64,000 nucleotides of DNA from Azolla caroliniana (taxonomy: Eukaryota; Plantae; Polypodiophyta). Under the pieces are notes generated by a model that did not search any database, had not been told where the DNA came from, and was given only the letters and a program-made list of their open reading frames with translations. The position numbers and the translations under genes are program-made. Each line of letters starts with the position of its first letter. Positions within the stretch are counted from its first letter, which is position 1. This document shows, piece by piece, positions 46,101 through 59,200 of this stretch. Location: NCBI GenBank assembly GCA_043228905.1, contig JBHGNT010000013.1:15996001-16060000 (forward strand). Reading direction: 5' to 3'.

Positions 46101-49100
46101 TGTACGATAGTCGGCATCGTTGGCCGAGAAAAGACAAGGGCGGAAGAGCGACTTCGGGCGTGCGGAGTTCTCGGGCCCAGCGAGGAAATCAACGGTGCCG
46201 TGGAGGCGGTCTCTTTCGACGACACCTTGGGAATACTGCGAGAGGTGGTCGGAGAGGGCCTTAAAGAGGATTGGATGATACCGGTTTGTTCAGAAGAGAT
46301 GTACGAAGTCATCGCGGACTTCAGTCGAGGGCTCGAGTCGGATCGGACGGCCCGGGTTAACACGAGGTACAAGACTGTGGACCGGAAGGTAAGGCCAGTC
46401 GCGGCACCCTTACCGGAGGGCAGCGAGTTGCGAATCAAGGGGGTCGCGTCGGACCCCAGTTTACGAGATCCGGCCTGCATAGGACACACCTTCACCGACA
46501 GAACGCTACGTGAGCTCAAAATTGGTGGGGGCGGGTTCCTACTGCCGACGGAAGAAGACCGGTTTCGGAGAATGCTCGGAAGGCACTGGAAAGCCTTCGC
46601 ATTCTCACCGGAAGAGATCGGGTGCGTAGACCCGACAGTCGTGAAGCCGATGGTGATATTCACGGTACCGCATGTACCGTGGAATCTCAAACCAATTACG
46701 GTACCGAGAGCTCACATCCCGGAGCTGATGGAGCTGTTGAGGCAGAAAGTTGATCTGGGCATCCTCGAACCGTTGAGTGCCCCGTACTCGAACCGGTGGT
46801 TTACCGTACCAAAGAAGAACGGGACGTTGCGCTTCATTCAAGACCTGCAACCGGTCAACAGAGTGACCATTCGGAACGCAGGAATCGGACCAATGATAGA
46901 CGAGTTCGCGGAGGCCTTCGCCGGAAGGTCAATCTACTTGGTCGGTGATCTGTACTCGGGGTACAATCAGTTCCAACTAGCCGTATAGAGCAGAGACATT
47001 ACGACGATGCAGACTCCTCTCGGCCTAGTGCGGATGTGTACCCTGCCACAAGGAGGGACGAACTCGGTGGCCCAGATGGTGAATGCGATGAACAACGTGC
47101 TGAGGGATTGTATCCCGGACATCACCATGCCATTCTTGGACGACATCCCGATCAAGGGATGTCCGGTGGAGGAAAAGGACGAAACGATCGGACAGGACGG
47201 ATGCTAGAGATTCGTGGCGACACACATTGACGACTGCGAGAGGGTGCTGTAGAGGCTAGAGGACGTGAGGCTCACCTTCTCCGGGGAGAAATCGGCCTTC
47301 GGGCAATCAGAGATCATGGTCGTCGGACATCTATGCGGACCGTATGGCCGGAAACCGTCTCCGGCTAAGGTGGAAGCCATCTCCGCAATGAAGCCCGACT
47401 GTAACTCGGTCACGGAGGTACGAAGGTTCTTGGGAGCATGCACGTTCTACCACATATGGATCCCACACTACGCCCACGTTGCCGAGCCACTATACGGGTT
47501 GCTGAAAAAGGGGCGAAAATTCGAGTGGCGAGACGAGCATACGGAGTCGGTCCGAAAGATGAAGGAGGCTCTTGCTGCAGCTCCGGCACTCCGGAAGGCT
47601 GTCTACGAGAAAAGCACTCCCATCTACATAACGGTAGATACAAGTCCGACCGGGATTGGATGGGTCGTCAAGCAAGAAGATGAGGACGGCATTCGGTTCC
47701 CAATCCGGTTCGGCGCGAAGGTCCTCAGCGAGCGACAACGAGGATACGCCCAGGTTAAACACGAACTCTGGGGTATCGTTTCGGCGGTGAAGGGCGATAA
47801 AGACTATCTGATCGGGACAGAGGTGATTATCGAGACGGACTGCCTGCCGATTCTTGGCATGGTTTCCGGATGCGCAACCCCGGACCTGGCAATGCTCAAG
47901 TGCATAGCGTACATCAAGTCCCTGGATCCGGAAATACGACACATTTCCGGGAAAGACAATGCCATGGCCGACATGCTTTCGAGGGTGCGATTCGACGACG
48001 AGGGCGGCATGGTTTCGGAGGACGAGGAAGTCGGCGTAGACTTCTTCGAGGCGGCCTACGTAACAAGCGAGGGAGGGAGCAATGACGATGACGCCGGACG
48101 CGTCATGGACAAAGGACGAGGCCAACCGGATCCGGAAGAAAGCGTACCGATTCTTTCTCCGGAACGGATACTTGTGGAAGCACCCGAAGAAGAGAAACGC
48201 CATCCCGCTCCGAGTAGTGGCGATGGAGGAGGAACAGGAGGAGTTGCTGAAGGCCTACCACGACAGCCCCTAGGCTGGACACCGTGGGACGTGGGCCACG
48301 TTCGAGAAACTAAAGGGGAAGTACTGGTGGCCGGGGCTGTACCGGGACGTGCATCGGTTCGTGACAACTTGTGAGAGCTGTCAGATGCACTCTATAGTCC
48401 GACATCGGGACGAGCTTCACCCTACATACCCTCCGGCCATCCACTTCAAATGGATGGTAGATTTGGTGACGATGCCGATGGGCGTAGGGCAGATGCGATA
48501 TCTGGTGCTGGCCGAGGAGAACCTGACGAACCAGGTGGAAGGCCGAGCCCTGCAGAACAAAACGACCGCAGCTGTGTGTCGGTTCTTGATCGAGGACGTG
48601 ATATGCTGGTACGGGTGCGTCGGAAAGATCGTGGCTGACCGTGGGGAGTTGGACGCCGAAGAGGTCGAGGAGCTGTTCGACCGGTTAGGGGTCAAGCTCT
48701 CGCTCACCACAGCGTACAATCCGGAGGCAAACGGGAAGGTGGAGCGCGGGCACGGACCGATCGTCAAAGCGCTAGTCCGGGCATGCGGAGGCCAGGCCGG
48801 GGACTGGCCACGACTGTTACCTTATGCCTTGTGGGCGGACCGGACAACGCACAGTTCGGTAACCGGGTTCATGCCGTCAGAGCTCATGTTCGGACAGAAG
48901 CCGATCATGCCGATGGAACGGACGATCTCCTCTTGGGCGACAGTAGACTGGAGAGACGAGATGAGTCGGGAAGAACTGCTAGCGGCGCGTATACGGCAGC
49001 TTGAGCGGAGGCCAGAGGACGTGGAACGAGCGGCGGAGAGACTTCGGACGGCGAGGATGAAGAACAAAGCCCGGTTCGACCGAACGCACCGGCTCCGACC

Positions 49101-50133
49101 GAAGAAAATCGAGGAAGGTGACTGGGTGCTAGTCTACGACAACAGCCTCGACAACCAGCACCGGGCAATACAGAAGTTTGCAAAGCTGTGGTTCGGGCCT
49201 TACGTGGTAACGAGCGCCAATGACAACGGGACGTATCATCTGGCGGAACTCGACAGTACGAGGATGGCGGCACCGGTAGCATGGAAGCGGATCAAAGCGT
49301 TCAAGAAGCGCCACGACGGCGAACCGGATTTAAGAGGCCTGGACAACGACGACGAACAGTCCGAGACGGAGGACGAACCGATGGACGAGGAACTGGAACC
49401 GGAACCGGTTTTTTCCAACCAGAACACAATTTTGGCGCATACCGGTGGATGCGCGGTTAGGTGGGGGCAGATGTCGTGAAGAAAACTGTCCCTTAGACCA
49501 ATCGGTGCATATCGGGCGTGAACCGGCTCTTCACACGTGCGCGCCCCTTAATGTATATAAAAGAGAATTAGGTACAAAGGCATATCCTAGGTAGTTAGAT
49601 TCGGTAGGTAGGAAGTTAATGAGAAAAGCGGCTCCCTTCTTGAAGCTATAAAAGAGAGGGAGACGCGGGGAGGAAGGGATCGCGCATTGAGGAGGACGAA
49701 GTGCCGTCGGACCGTAACCGAACGCTTCTCCTATGTTTGTTCTCTATTGCTCTTCTCTGCAGGTTTTCGGGAGGCTCGCGCTGCTTCCAGGAACGCCCGT
49801 GTGCTTCCGGCAGCACCTCCATCCTATCCCCTTTTCGTGCGCAGATGAACAGGCATCGACATCTGTTCGTCGGCCTGTTCGGTTGTAACCGCTCGCGTGC
49901 TCTGTTGTGTATTTGTTAATCCGTTAATATACAAACTTTCGTGTCTCTCTGTCTCTGTGTCCATTCGTGTTTTTTGCGTTGATGGGCCATGTCCCTGTGT
50001 TTCTTTGCTCATATGCAACCGGTCGTCTCTCTCTCTCTCTCTCTCTCTCTTTCCCCTCCTATCACCTGCTCTTCGGTTCAAGACTCCGGTGGTCCCGCCT
50101 CGTTTCTCCACACACGTGCGTAGTAACACGACA
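43175..50133 (+). mobile_element. Full-length non-chromovirus Ty3/Gypsy element C, GC-rich, coding region disabled
   Basis: LTRs 43175-43826 and 49472-50133; 4-bp TSD ACGT; PBS TGGTGAACCCGACGTGA at 43831-43847; purine-rich tract before 49472; order gag-PR-RT-RH-INT, no chromodomain. Confidence 0.96.
43871..49470 (+). pseudogene. gag-protease and pol of Gypsy C with in-frame stops and frameshifts
   Basis: CMWCDEVGHIRKDC knuckle; LVDHGSEINLM protease; LRFIQDLQPVN, DLYSGYNQF, PQGGTNS, FLDD RT; VDTS...ETD...ADMLSR RNase H; VDL, ADRGE, GKVERG, WFGPY integrase. Confidence 0.92.
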
Positions 50134-50255
50134 ACGTTTTCTTAACATTATGCACGACATTCGCCAACAGTTGTCCAAAAATGTGACTCTTTTGTCGAAT
50201 ACGGGGATATAATGACCACATTGTCCCATTTGAACATACTAGGTTAGGACATATT

Positions 50256-52515
50256 TGTAATAAGGCAAAAGGGCAGTTGCCCTAGTAACTGACTTTGTGA
50301 TGATGTCACCATTCTTTGTATTGCAACTTCTTGATTAATAAAGTTACATTGTTGTGTGCTTCTCTGGATCTCGGTCTCATTCTCTCACTCTATCTTTCTT
50401 GATCTTATCGAGTTGTCTCAGTTTGATTCATTCTGTTCATCTTGTTTTTTGGCCTTCGTCAACTTGTTGATCTTCATGATTATAGTGTTGTTTATGTTTT
50501 CTCCATTGATGACTGTTTACAACATTTGGTATCAAAGCCGAGGTTGCTAATCTGTTGTTGGCTGTTATATGTACATCACTTCTTATTACATCCATTGAAG
50601 ACTTCAGGTTTGTCATACTCTTGGAAAAGATTTTTAGATTTCAGTCGGACTGAAATCTTTTGTTTGACAACTCTCAAGAATTCATGCTATGAGAACAGAC
50701 ACTTCAAGTAGGCCAATTGGTTGTACTCTCATTTGTGGTTGTAGTTGCTCAAAATGGAATCTTGAACGAGGCAACACAATCCGTGGTCAATTTGGCTAAG
50801 CAACACATCGGATAGACCGATCGGCTCTATCTTGCCCCTTGTTGTAGCCACTTCGAGCAGGGTCGGCAATCCAACTAGCAAATCCATGCCTAATTCGGCT
50901 AGGTGACACTCGGATAGACCAGTCAGCTCTACTTTGATTCGGTCGTACTCACCTTGGGCAGGACAAGCCGATCAACCGACTAAGTTTGTGTCCGATTCAA
51001 CTAGATCAAATTCGGGTGAACTAGTGGGTTGCACCCTCTTACCGATTGTAGCCACCTCTGGACAAAAATTCTCAATTAGCTCAAGTCAAGAATGACATCC
51101 AATCTGGCTCATCAGAGATGAGCCTTAGGAAGTTCGACGACGTGAATTTCAATTTTTGGAAGGAGCAAATGCATGACTATTTGATTGTGAAGGTTTAGGT
51201 TGATCCGATTGAGTATGAGATGTCACGGACACACCAAGCGCAAGCTCTCGACGAATACAAATCGAATGAGTGGACGAAGTTGGACCAAATTGTTCGCGCC
51301 ACCATTCGGATGCACTTGCCCGAATTTGTCTATTACACAATGCGGTCGTGTTCGAACTTTCCAATTATGGAAAACATTGTCGAACACTTACAAGAAGAAG
51401 GTGGTTGCCACCAAGCTATATCTAATCCAGTGCCTTTACAACCGTTGAATGAAAGAGTCCAATTTGGTCCAGGCACAACTCAACGAGTTTGAAAGCATAA
51501 ATTCCTATATTTCAGCTCAGGGGATGACGATTGAAGATGAGTTGAAAGCTCTTTTGCTAATGAGTAGTCTGCTCCCTTCGTGGGAAACTTCCGTCACTAT
51601 CGTATGCAATGCGTTAGATGTTGTCGTAAAGTACTCCGAAGTCACGAGCTCAATTTTGATGGAAGACATTCGGAAAAAATCGTTCATACATGATTCGCCT
51701 AGTGACGCGTACGTAGTACAAAGTTTAGCCGATCGATCGACCGAACAGTCGAGGAAGAAGTTCTTCTCGAAAACCGAACAATGCCTGAGGTCGGAGCAAG
51801 TTTAGGGATAGCAAGTTGTGCAATAATTACAAGAAACCTAGACCCATTATGGTCGATTTCCGTGCCCTCAAGTTCAAGAACAAAAAGGCTCAGAAATCGG
51901 AGCAAAAAGGTAATTGGCACGAGGAGGTCAATTTCGTCGGCTCATCAACCGAAGCCAAATTATCATTGATGATCGTTTCTTCGGTAGCCGATCCACCCAA
52001 TGGGTCATTACGTAAGGTTCTCTCTGATATAACTCGTTCTTAAATATCAGTTGTAGCTGTACTTGTTCCATGGAGGTGGCTTGCCGTGTTTCTGATCTCG
52101 TGTGTTGTGTTGGGCCGTCGAGAAGAGTTGACACGTCTGAAACCGTGACACTTCTATCGAATACGGGGATATAATGGTCGTATTCAAATTGTCCCATTTG
52201 AACATACTAGGTTAGCACATGTTTGTAATAAGGCAAAAGCGCAATTGCCCTAGTTTAATTATTATATAAGTGACTTTGTAACCTAGTTGTGATGATGTTG
52301 CCATTCTTTGTATTGTAACTTCTTGAATAATAGAGTTACACTATTGTGTGCTTTTCTGGATCTTTGTCTCATTCTCTCACTCTATCTCTCTTGATCTTGT
52401 TGAGTTGTTTCAGTTTGATTCATTTTGTTCATCTTGATTTTTTGCCTTCATCAACTTTTTGATCTTCATCATATAGTGTTGTTTCTGTTTCCGCCATTGA
52501 CGACCGTTTACAACA
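50256..52515 (+). mobile_element. Rearranged Copia F: LTR 50256-50524, PBS, leader, decayed gag, then antisense Copia linker and second LTR 52224-52515
   Basis: Two similar LTRs; PBS TGGTATCAAAGC at 50527-50538; gag KFDDVNFNFWKEQM, LLMSSLLPSWET; no pol or PPT before the second LTR. Confidence 0.78.
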
Positions 52516-52990
52516 TCTTGTTAGTTCAATTGGCTTTTTGGCCACCTTGTGCATTTCCGAACTTCAGATGACTTGGCGAGTCTCAAGATCCTAGAGCTGA
52601 TATCCAAAGTTTCCATCATGTTCATACCCGAGAAAAATACATTTCCGACACCTTGGCTCAAGTTTTCAACATTCATCTCGTGGTACAAGAGCGTATGCCT
52701 CGCATCCGAATATCTGCAAATTTCCATTATGTGGTTTTTGTTGATCTAGAGCTCTTGCAGAATTTGAAGTCCAAGAGGCCTACTTGGTGACATATTGATA
52801 ATATGTATGGCAGTAAGTAGCCCCTCGCCCCATACGCCATTCGAAAGTCCGGAATGGTGCAACATGGCAACAATTCGCTCATGAATTGTTCGGTTCATGC
52901 ATTCGGCAATGTCATTCTGCGCTAGACTATATGGAGCTATAAACTCTTGTCTAATGCCATGTTTTCAGCATAATTTGACGAATTCATCTA
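52516..52990 (-). mobile_element. Degenerate Copia integrase (D-like)
   Basis: Minus strand QNDIAECMNRTI, IFGCEAYALVP, KLEPRCRKCIFLGY motifs. Confidence 0.82.
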
Positions 52991-53213
52991 ATTTTGTTGA
53001 GAGTCGAACTCAACTTCCCATAGTCATAGGTTTTGTACTAGCTCATGGTCATACCAGGCTAGTTTTGTAAATAGTAGAAAGGGCACTTGCCCTAGTTTAG
53101 TTGGTATCTAAACCAACTCCTTCTAACTTAGTTAACTATTGGAAGTATTTTGGTTAATGTAATATACAGTCTTTTATCTCCGTCTTAAGCTCTCTCTCTC
53201 TCTCTCTGTTTTG

Positions 53214-53250
<37 letters not shown>

Positions 53251-55008
53251 ATCCTTCTCCTGCATCTCAGCCACTCTTGCTCCTCATTTCTTTACATGGT
53301 ATTAGAGCAAGGTTGCTTAATAGAATCTATTCAACTATGTTGTGGTAATCGCTGGCGATCAACATAACCGGCTCATCAACAAAGAAGAACTCGACATAAT
53401 GAACACTCAGATGGGAAGCGCTATTCCTACCGAGAATCTTGACAGAATGAACTTCGCATCTTGGGAATACAAGATGCATCAATACCTTGTCGGACAAGGT
53501 TAATGGAGCTACATTGAAGGAGCTCACGAAACTCAACCCAACCCAACACACGCCGACTATCCCACTTGGGAGCAGGCCGCAAGCTGTGTGTTGTATTGCC
53601 TTGCATCATGCGTTCATGATCATTTGCTTGGCTATATTCGAGATTCGAAAACACAGAAAGAAGCTTGGGGAAACCTCAAGAAGTTTTTTGCGGCCAACAC
53701 GGCTGCATGAAAGCTCCATCTTCGACAGGAGCTAAACAACATGCAATAGAGGGACATGTCGATCATAGGCTATACCTTAAAGATCAAGGAGCTGTGTGAC
53801 GCCCTTAGTTCGATTAATGTCGTAATCGACGATGACGAGATGGTGCAAATATGCCTCGGCGGCTTAGCACCCCGATTTGGCTCGATTAGATCGGCCATCC
53901 TTGCAAGGGAGAACCCTCCTTCATTTTTCGATCTCCAATCAATATTGTTGGTTGAGGAAAATCATGCCCGACAAAGAAGCAACGCACTAGAGGGTCATAT
54001 GCTTTACTCCCAATCGGATGATAGAAGAAATTTCGGGTGTGGAAATAGAGGTCGATTCGAACAAGGCTCTAATGGTTGGCAGACTCAAGAGAGTAACTCC
54101 CACCAATGGCAAGCAGACAGTGTTATGTACACATAACGTTGGTGAGGGTAGGTCACCAATATTTACATTAGTGAAGGGTATGTTCACTAATGTTAAAAAG
54201 GGGACTAATGATTGGATAGAAGGAATGATAAGTGCATGCACTATCATGATTTGGACAACCAATGAATGGAGAGCCTTTTAGAAAGGCACATCTATTCAAG
54301 GGGCCTAAGAAAAGGTATAAATATGAGGCTTAGCTACCCTCATAAGGACATTACGTCGGAAGGCTGTTGTCTTAGACACCGGTGGTGCGGGCTAGGCTTT
54401 TGTCTCGACGATCGTGTTTATCTCTTCCAAGGTATTAGTCATCCTAATATCCGGCGGTATGGGATGTCGTTGGTAGGTTGGCTATGTCTAGATCATAGTT
54501 CGGGGGTGGTCGGGTGGAACGGGTTCTTCTATCCATTCTATTTTCCTTCTTTTACTTTAGTTTGGTCTATTGATTAGTAATAGACTCTTAACAGTGGTAT
54601 CAAAGCATTTACTAACAATTTTTTTTGTTGTTTTGATGTTTTTTGTGTCTAAGCGATGGGGATCTAACAACATTCTTAACCCGATATTCTTCTTTCTCGA
54701 TCTCTCTCTTCTTTCTATGATGTGTTCTTTATGGTCGAATCAAATTTGTATTACGTTTTCTTTTCTTTTCTTTTCTTTCTTCTTTCTACCATGATACGAT
54801 TTTAATTATTATTGTGCATCGGGCCGAGCATGTTTGCACTAATCGCACACGCTCAACTCATGGCCCTTTTGTATATTGCGATGTATCTCCCACTCTCCCC
54901 TCTCTCGAGCCTTATCTTACGATATTAATTATTGTTGTGCATTGGGTCGAGCGTGTTTTCCCTAATCGCACACGCTCACCTCATGGCCCTTTTGCATATG
55001 ATGTTGAG

Positions 55009-55258
55009 TATGCCACTCTTTCCTTTATTGAGCCATCACTTGGCTAATTCTATGGGATGTTGTGGTCTTGACGAGGTGTATGTCGCCTACCTATGCCATT
55101 CTACTCTCTATTGAGCCATCACTTGGCCGATTCTATGGGAGGTTGTGGCCTTAACGAGGTATATATCGCTTACCTATGCCACTTTACTCTTTATTGAGCC
55201 ATCAATTGGCTGATTCTAAGGAGATGTGGTGGTCTTGAGGAGGTGCATGTCAACTACC
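55009..55258. repeat. Three tandem 83-bp repeats in the leader of Gypsy H
   Basis: TATGCCA...TTGAGCCATCA.TTGGC..ATTCTA starts at 55009, 55092 and 55175. Confidence 0.8.
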
Positions 55259-56250
55259 TTAGGGTTTCATACCTTACGGCATGCTTAATGATTCATACAC
55301 CTAATTGATTATTATTCTAATTAATTTCTAATTACACAAATTTTCGTTTCACTTTTGTATGATTTTCTAGTAATTGTCATTTCTCACCCACAATTAACTC
55401 TCTTTCTTGCCCTTATTTTAAGTTCATCTACCCTATTTACGTACGTTTAATAGTGTAACGATTCATGTAGACTATTTTTTAAGATTGAGTGGGCATCATG
55501 CCGTTTTTTGAACGATTTTTTCCAACGGCTCATCTAGGTTTAACTCATATTATCGAGCCTTAGAACTCGAGTAAAACCACATGAGTTCCCTTATTGATGT
55601 TTTACTCATAGATTTGAGTTCTTCATCTTTGTGCACAACACCACCACCACTTGTATCAATTTGTGGCTTATGTCACAATTGTGCAAATTACAACCACCAT
55701 ATTGGGATGTATATGTGCATACCTCGCACCATCCATTTATTTGTGACATTTTTTTTTAGTAGGTAACACATGGGTTTTTTTACCCTTGTTTTCGTCACTG
55801 CTAGATTCTTATGGGTAGTGCCTTATTTTATCGTTTTTGTCATAAAATTTGCTTGTTACTCGCAAGACTAAAATATTACTTGCGAGTGCACTTGCTTTTT
55901 CACTTAATACACTTTCTCGACCATATCAATACATGTTGGGTTGGCATTCTAATATAAGGCTAACTAGGAAACTACGTTGATGTTAGAACCATGGTTGAGC
56001 CTCGGGGAGCCGCTATGATTATTCAAGATAGAGATCCGAGAAAGACATCTTAGCTATGTTTTCCCCCATGGTTTTTAAAACACCATAGTGTTACCATAGT
56101 TATCGGATCTCGAATCACATCTCATATGCCTAGAGGGGTAAAGACGTGAGATGCTTTCTTGGTAAAGTTCTTACAATCAAAATTTCAAGCATTCATTTTG
56201 CTTGTGTATTTTCTGAACCTCATTTATATTGCATACCCACAACTTGCATC

Positions 56251-59200
56251 ATGGAACAAGTTTTGAACGTTGTTGGAGCAATCTCTCCGAACGAGACCTT
56301 TCAACTACAATCCGCATCTTGCACACAAGCTGAGATCACTATTGAGCAATTGCTCACTACTACCTTGAATCAATTAGCCGAAATGAGGCAAGCCAATATG
56401 GCATTGGAAAAGAAATTCCAAGAATTGACTATTGAGTCCAAGAAAGAAGGTGAGCCCTCTTTCGTAGTAACACCATTCAAGGGAGATAAGAAAGAAAGAA
56501 CCGAGGAGGCCATTAGCACTTGGCTTGGTCGTTGGGAGTCTCACTTTGAGCTCCATCCCAAGCCCAATGTTGTAAAAATTGGTTACGTCGGTCCTGAGTT
56601 AGGTGGCCAAGCTGCTGCTTGGTGGCGCGGCCTAAGGACTGCAAAGAACATACCCACAACTTGGCAAGGTTTCGTTGATGTTTTTAAGAAACAGTTTTTG
56701 TAGCCACCTTCTCAAACTGAACAAGCGCAACACTTGCTCATGTTGTCGAGTAAGCCATTTACCTCTCTCGAGGATTATGTGCATCATGCTCGGACCCAGA
56801 TCCAAAAATCAGGACTTACGGGTGAGAAATGGTTTGTTGCTTGCTTTTTGAATGGTATTCCCAATGGGGATTACCATTGGATTGTCCATGACAAGGAGCC
56901 CACAACTTTCGAGGAAGCCGTCAACATTGTACTTCGGTACCATAGGACTTCAAAGAAAGACCACAATAAACCTGAGTTTGCCAAAACTCCGAATGTCAAG
57001 TTCATTGGGAAATTTAAGCAATCCAATGACACTCTTGACCACGACTCCAAGAAACCTAACCTCTTCTGTGCATATTGCAAGAAGCGGGGCCACATAGAGG
57101 ATACCTGTCTTCATCTTGAGAGGAAGTCAATGAACACCCCTCAAGACAAATCTACGAGTCACACAGGTGAGTCTTTTGATGTTGTTGAAGTTCATACCAA
57201 CCACTTAAGTTCATGTGAATGCACTTTTCCTTCACATTTACTTGGACCTAATGATTTACTCCAAGCAGTCGGGTATATCAATGGAACACAAGCACATTTC
57301 TTATTTAATTCCGGTAGTTCTCACAATTTTCTTAATGATCACTTTGTGCAGCAAATGGAACTCCACATAAACGCAAGTGATCATATCTATCAAGATCACA
57401 TGGAAAATGGAAGCCTTCAATACATCAATGGCATTGTTTGTCAACTACCAATTCAAATAGATACCTATTTGGAGAAGCTTGACTTTCATGTTATGAAACT
57501 ACAATCCGTAGATGTCATTTTAGGATACCCTTGGTTTTTTAATAAAAACCCTTCTTTGTCCATTGATTGGGTTAATCACTCAATCACATTTGAGCTTAAT
57601 AATTGTAAACATTTTATTAAATGTTCCAAACTTCCTTCTCGTTCACTTGTGTCTTCTAAATCTTTAAGTGAGTATTCAAGTTCATTAATTTATTCGTGTG
57701 TAATTGATCCTACGCTTCAATTTTATTATTTTAATATTGACACCACACAATTACCACATTATGAACAACGATTACTCGATTCTATTTTAGACGACTTTCA
57801 AGATGTGTTTCCTAACGAATTGCCACTTACTTTACCACCAAAACGTAATGTGGACCATCAAATTGAACTCATTCCTGGTGCTGCTCATGTGAGCATTCCA
57901 CCTTATCGACTTAGTCGATTAGAAGAGGATGAGATTGCTAAACAACTTAAGGAATACTTGAGTATGGGCCACATTAGGTATAGTAAATCACCTTGGGGTG
58001 CGCCAGTTCTATTAGTAAAGAAGAAGGAAGGTTCATGGCGGATATGTATCAATTATCACTGTTTGAATAAAATGACAATTAAAAATGCATATCCATTACC
58101 TTGTGCTCATGATTTGATTGATCATTTGCATGGGGCTCGATATTTTACGAAAATTAACTTACGAACAGGTTATCATCAAATTCGCATTGACGAGGATGAT
58201 ATCCCTAAAACCACTTTTCGTACGTGCTATGGACATTATGAGTTTTTAGTCATGCCTATCGGGTTGACTAATGCTCCAGCCAGATTCCAACAAGCGATGA
58301 ATGACGTTTTTCGAGATCAACTCGGTGATTTTGTTGTCGTCTTCTTGGATGATATTTTGATATATAGCTGTACCTTGCAAGATCATGTTCAACATGTTCG
58401 ATTTGTTTTGCAGAAGTTGCGTGACAACTCTTTCTATGCAAAATATTCAAAATGTGATTTTTTCCAAAATTCTATTGTGTACCTAGGTCATTTAATTACG
58501 GAAAATGGTGTTGAAATTGAACCTTCTCATATTGAAAAGTTAAAACTTTGGCCCATTCCTCATAATATTCGTGAACTGCGATCATTCTTAGGGTTTGTTG
58601 GATTTTTACGAAAATCAATTCGTAACTATTCCAAATTGATACGCCATTAATTGACCTTTTAAAAGGTCATCCACATAAGTCTGTTAAACCAATTGCATGG
58701 AATGAACAACTTGATAAATCGTTTGAGACACTTAAAGAGCATGTGTGTCTGGCTCCCACTCTTCTATTACCGAACCCTTCTAAGCCTTTCTTAATCAAAA
58801 CCGATGATAGTGATTATGCTATTGGTGCCGTTCTTTATCAAGGCGGTCACCCTATTTCTTTTGAAAGTAAGAAGCTTGATGCTGCTCAATCTCGGTATTT
58901 AGTTCAAGAGAAAGAGTTGTTTGCGGTAATACATGCACTTAAAACATGGAGGCACTATCTCTATGGAAATAAATTTGTGGTTACAACAGACCATCAATCA
59001 TTGAAGTATTTTTGTGACTAGCTAGATCTTGTTGGTCGTAAAGGCCGTTGGGCTGACCTTATGCAAGATTTTGATTTTTCCATACGGTATCGCAAGGGTT
59101 CTATGAACACTGTTTCGGATGCTCTTAGTCGCATTAAAGAAGTTAACATGCTTAGCTTCATGGAAATAAAATCTGATCTTTTAGATCACCTTCGAGGGAA

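Larger units (their letters stand above)
42225..50147 (+). mobile_element. Solo LTR of Copia family A, carrying two nested insertions
   Basis: Starts TGTTGAGAAGCAAGCTCAACA and ends TTTTCTTAACA as in the LTRs of 6963-12383 (opposite orientation); TSD TTATG at 42220-42224 and 50148-50152. Confidence 0.92.
41364..50180 (+). mobile_element. Truncated Copia X (5' LTR 41364-41630, PBS, gag), split by the nested insertion 42225-50147
   Basis: PBS TGGTATCAGAGC at 41633-41644; gag KFDGKNFALWK from 41743; reading LLSSLPANWEVLC|TTFANSCPK rejoins across the insertion. Confidence 0.82.

Noticed and set aside
44393-49282. Long minus-strand ORFs (up to 322 aa) inside Gypsy C
   Set aside because: Stop-poor antisense frames of a GC-rich pol; no domains, so not called antisense genes
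43175-50133. GC-rich block as bacterial contamination or prophage
   Set aside because: Bounded by LTRs with TSD and a plant tRNA primer site, and nested cleanly in a host LTR
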